The translations under genes were made by a program, and so were the position numbers. DNA of 64,000 bases from Mustelus asterias. Lineage: Eukaryota. This document shows, in pieces, positions 63,788 through 64,000 of this stretch. Each line of letters opens with the position of its first letter. The stretch's first letter is position 1. The notes beneath the pieces were generated by a model that searched no databases, was not told the DNA's origin, and saw only the letters and a list, made by a program, of their open reading frames with translations. The stretch is from assembly GCF_964213995.1 (NCBI RefSeq), contig NW_027590338.1:248001-312000 (forward strand). The letters run 5' to 3'.

Positions 63788-63896
63788 CTGTGAATGAATA
63801 ATGAAAATCAACACAAGTTCCATCTTCAGCATCAGGACAGCAGTATTCAGCCTTCACTTTCTAAACAGAAATAAATCAACTTTAAGATATTAACCA

Positions 63897-63934
63897 ACGA
63901 TACTGCCACCACCACTGAAGGCGACCGCAACCTT
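63897..63934. repeat. Perfect 38-bp inverted copy of CH3 exon segment 63721-63758
   Basis: ACGATACTGCCACCACCACTGAAGGCGACCGCAACCTT is the exact reverse complement of 63721-63758. Confidence 0.95.
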
Positions 63935-64000
63935 TGATACACAATGGAAAACCTGCTTGGTCTGTGAAAACTATTCTCATTGTTAAAGTAGTTCGGCACC

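Noticed and set aside
63788-63860. Cys-rich in-frame extension ([14 protein letters not shown]) of CH3 as a hinge exon
   Set aside because: A phase-1 splice at the upstream AG hits a stop; the canonical acceptor is at 63788-89.

Overview
Eukaryotic, repeat-rich DNA from a cartilaginous fish, most likely a shark. This is inferred from shark-type IgM constant exons, V-SINE/HE1-like SINEs and CR1 LINEs. Much of the window is CR1 LINE copies, V-SINEs, Rex/Babar and Penelope-like fragments, tandem repeats and one ~770-N gap. The genic content, reconstructed by hand with splice sites, is: (1) a frameshifted C2H2 zinc-finger gene (1-1.4 kb); (2) two apparently intact, divergently oriented two-exon GPR139/GPR142-like class A GPCR genes (minus 22570-15651; plus 46767-48949); (3) a TCR alpha/delta-type V pseudogene with leader exon and 23-bp-spacer RSS (44103-44559); (4) the 3' half of a damaged IgM heavy-chain gene on the minus strand (CH3, CH4+secretory tail, TM1, probable TM2; 63787-57619). 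The most notable items are a TCR V lying 3' of and inverted to an IgM constant region, with an orphan GPCR between them, and short Penelope-type inverted-repeat elements carrying minimal hammerhead ribozyme cores, one of them a back-to-back palindrome. Also notable are a perfect inverted duplicate flanking the IgM CH3 splice acceptor, a solo LTR split by a LINE, and an unassigned promoter/first-exon structure next to the gap. All family assignments come from motif recognition, not database searches.
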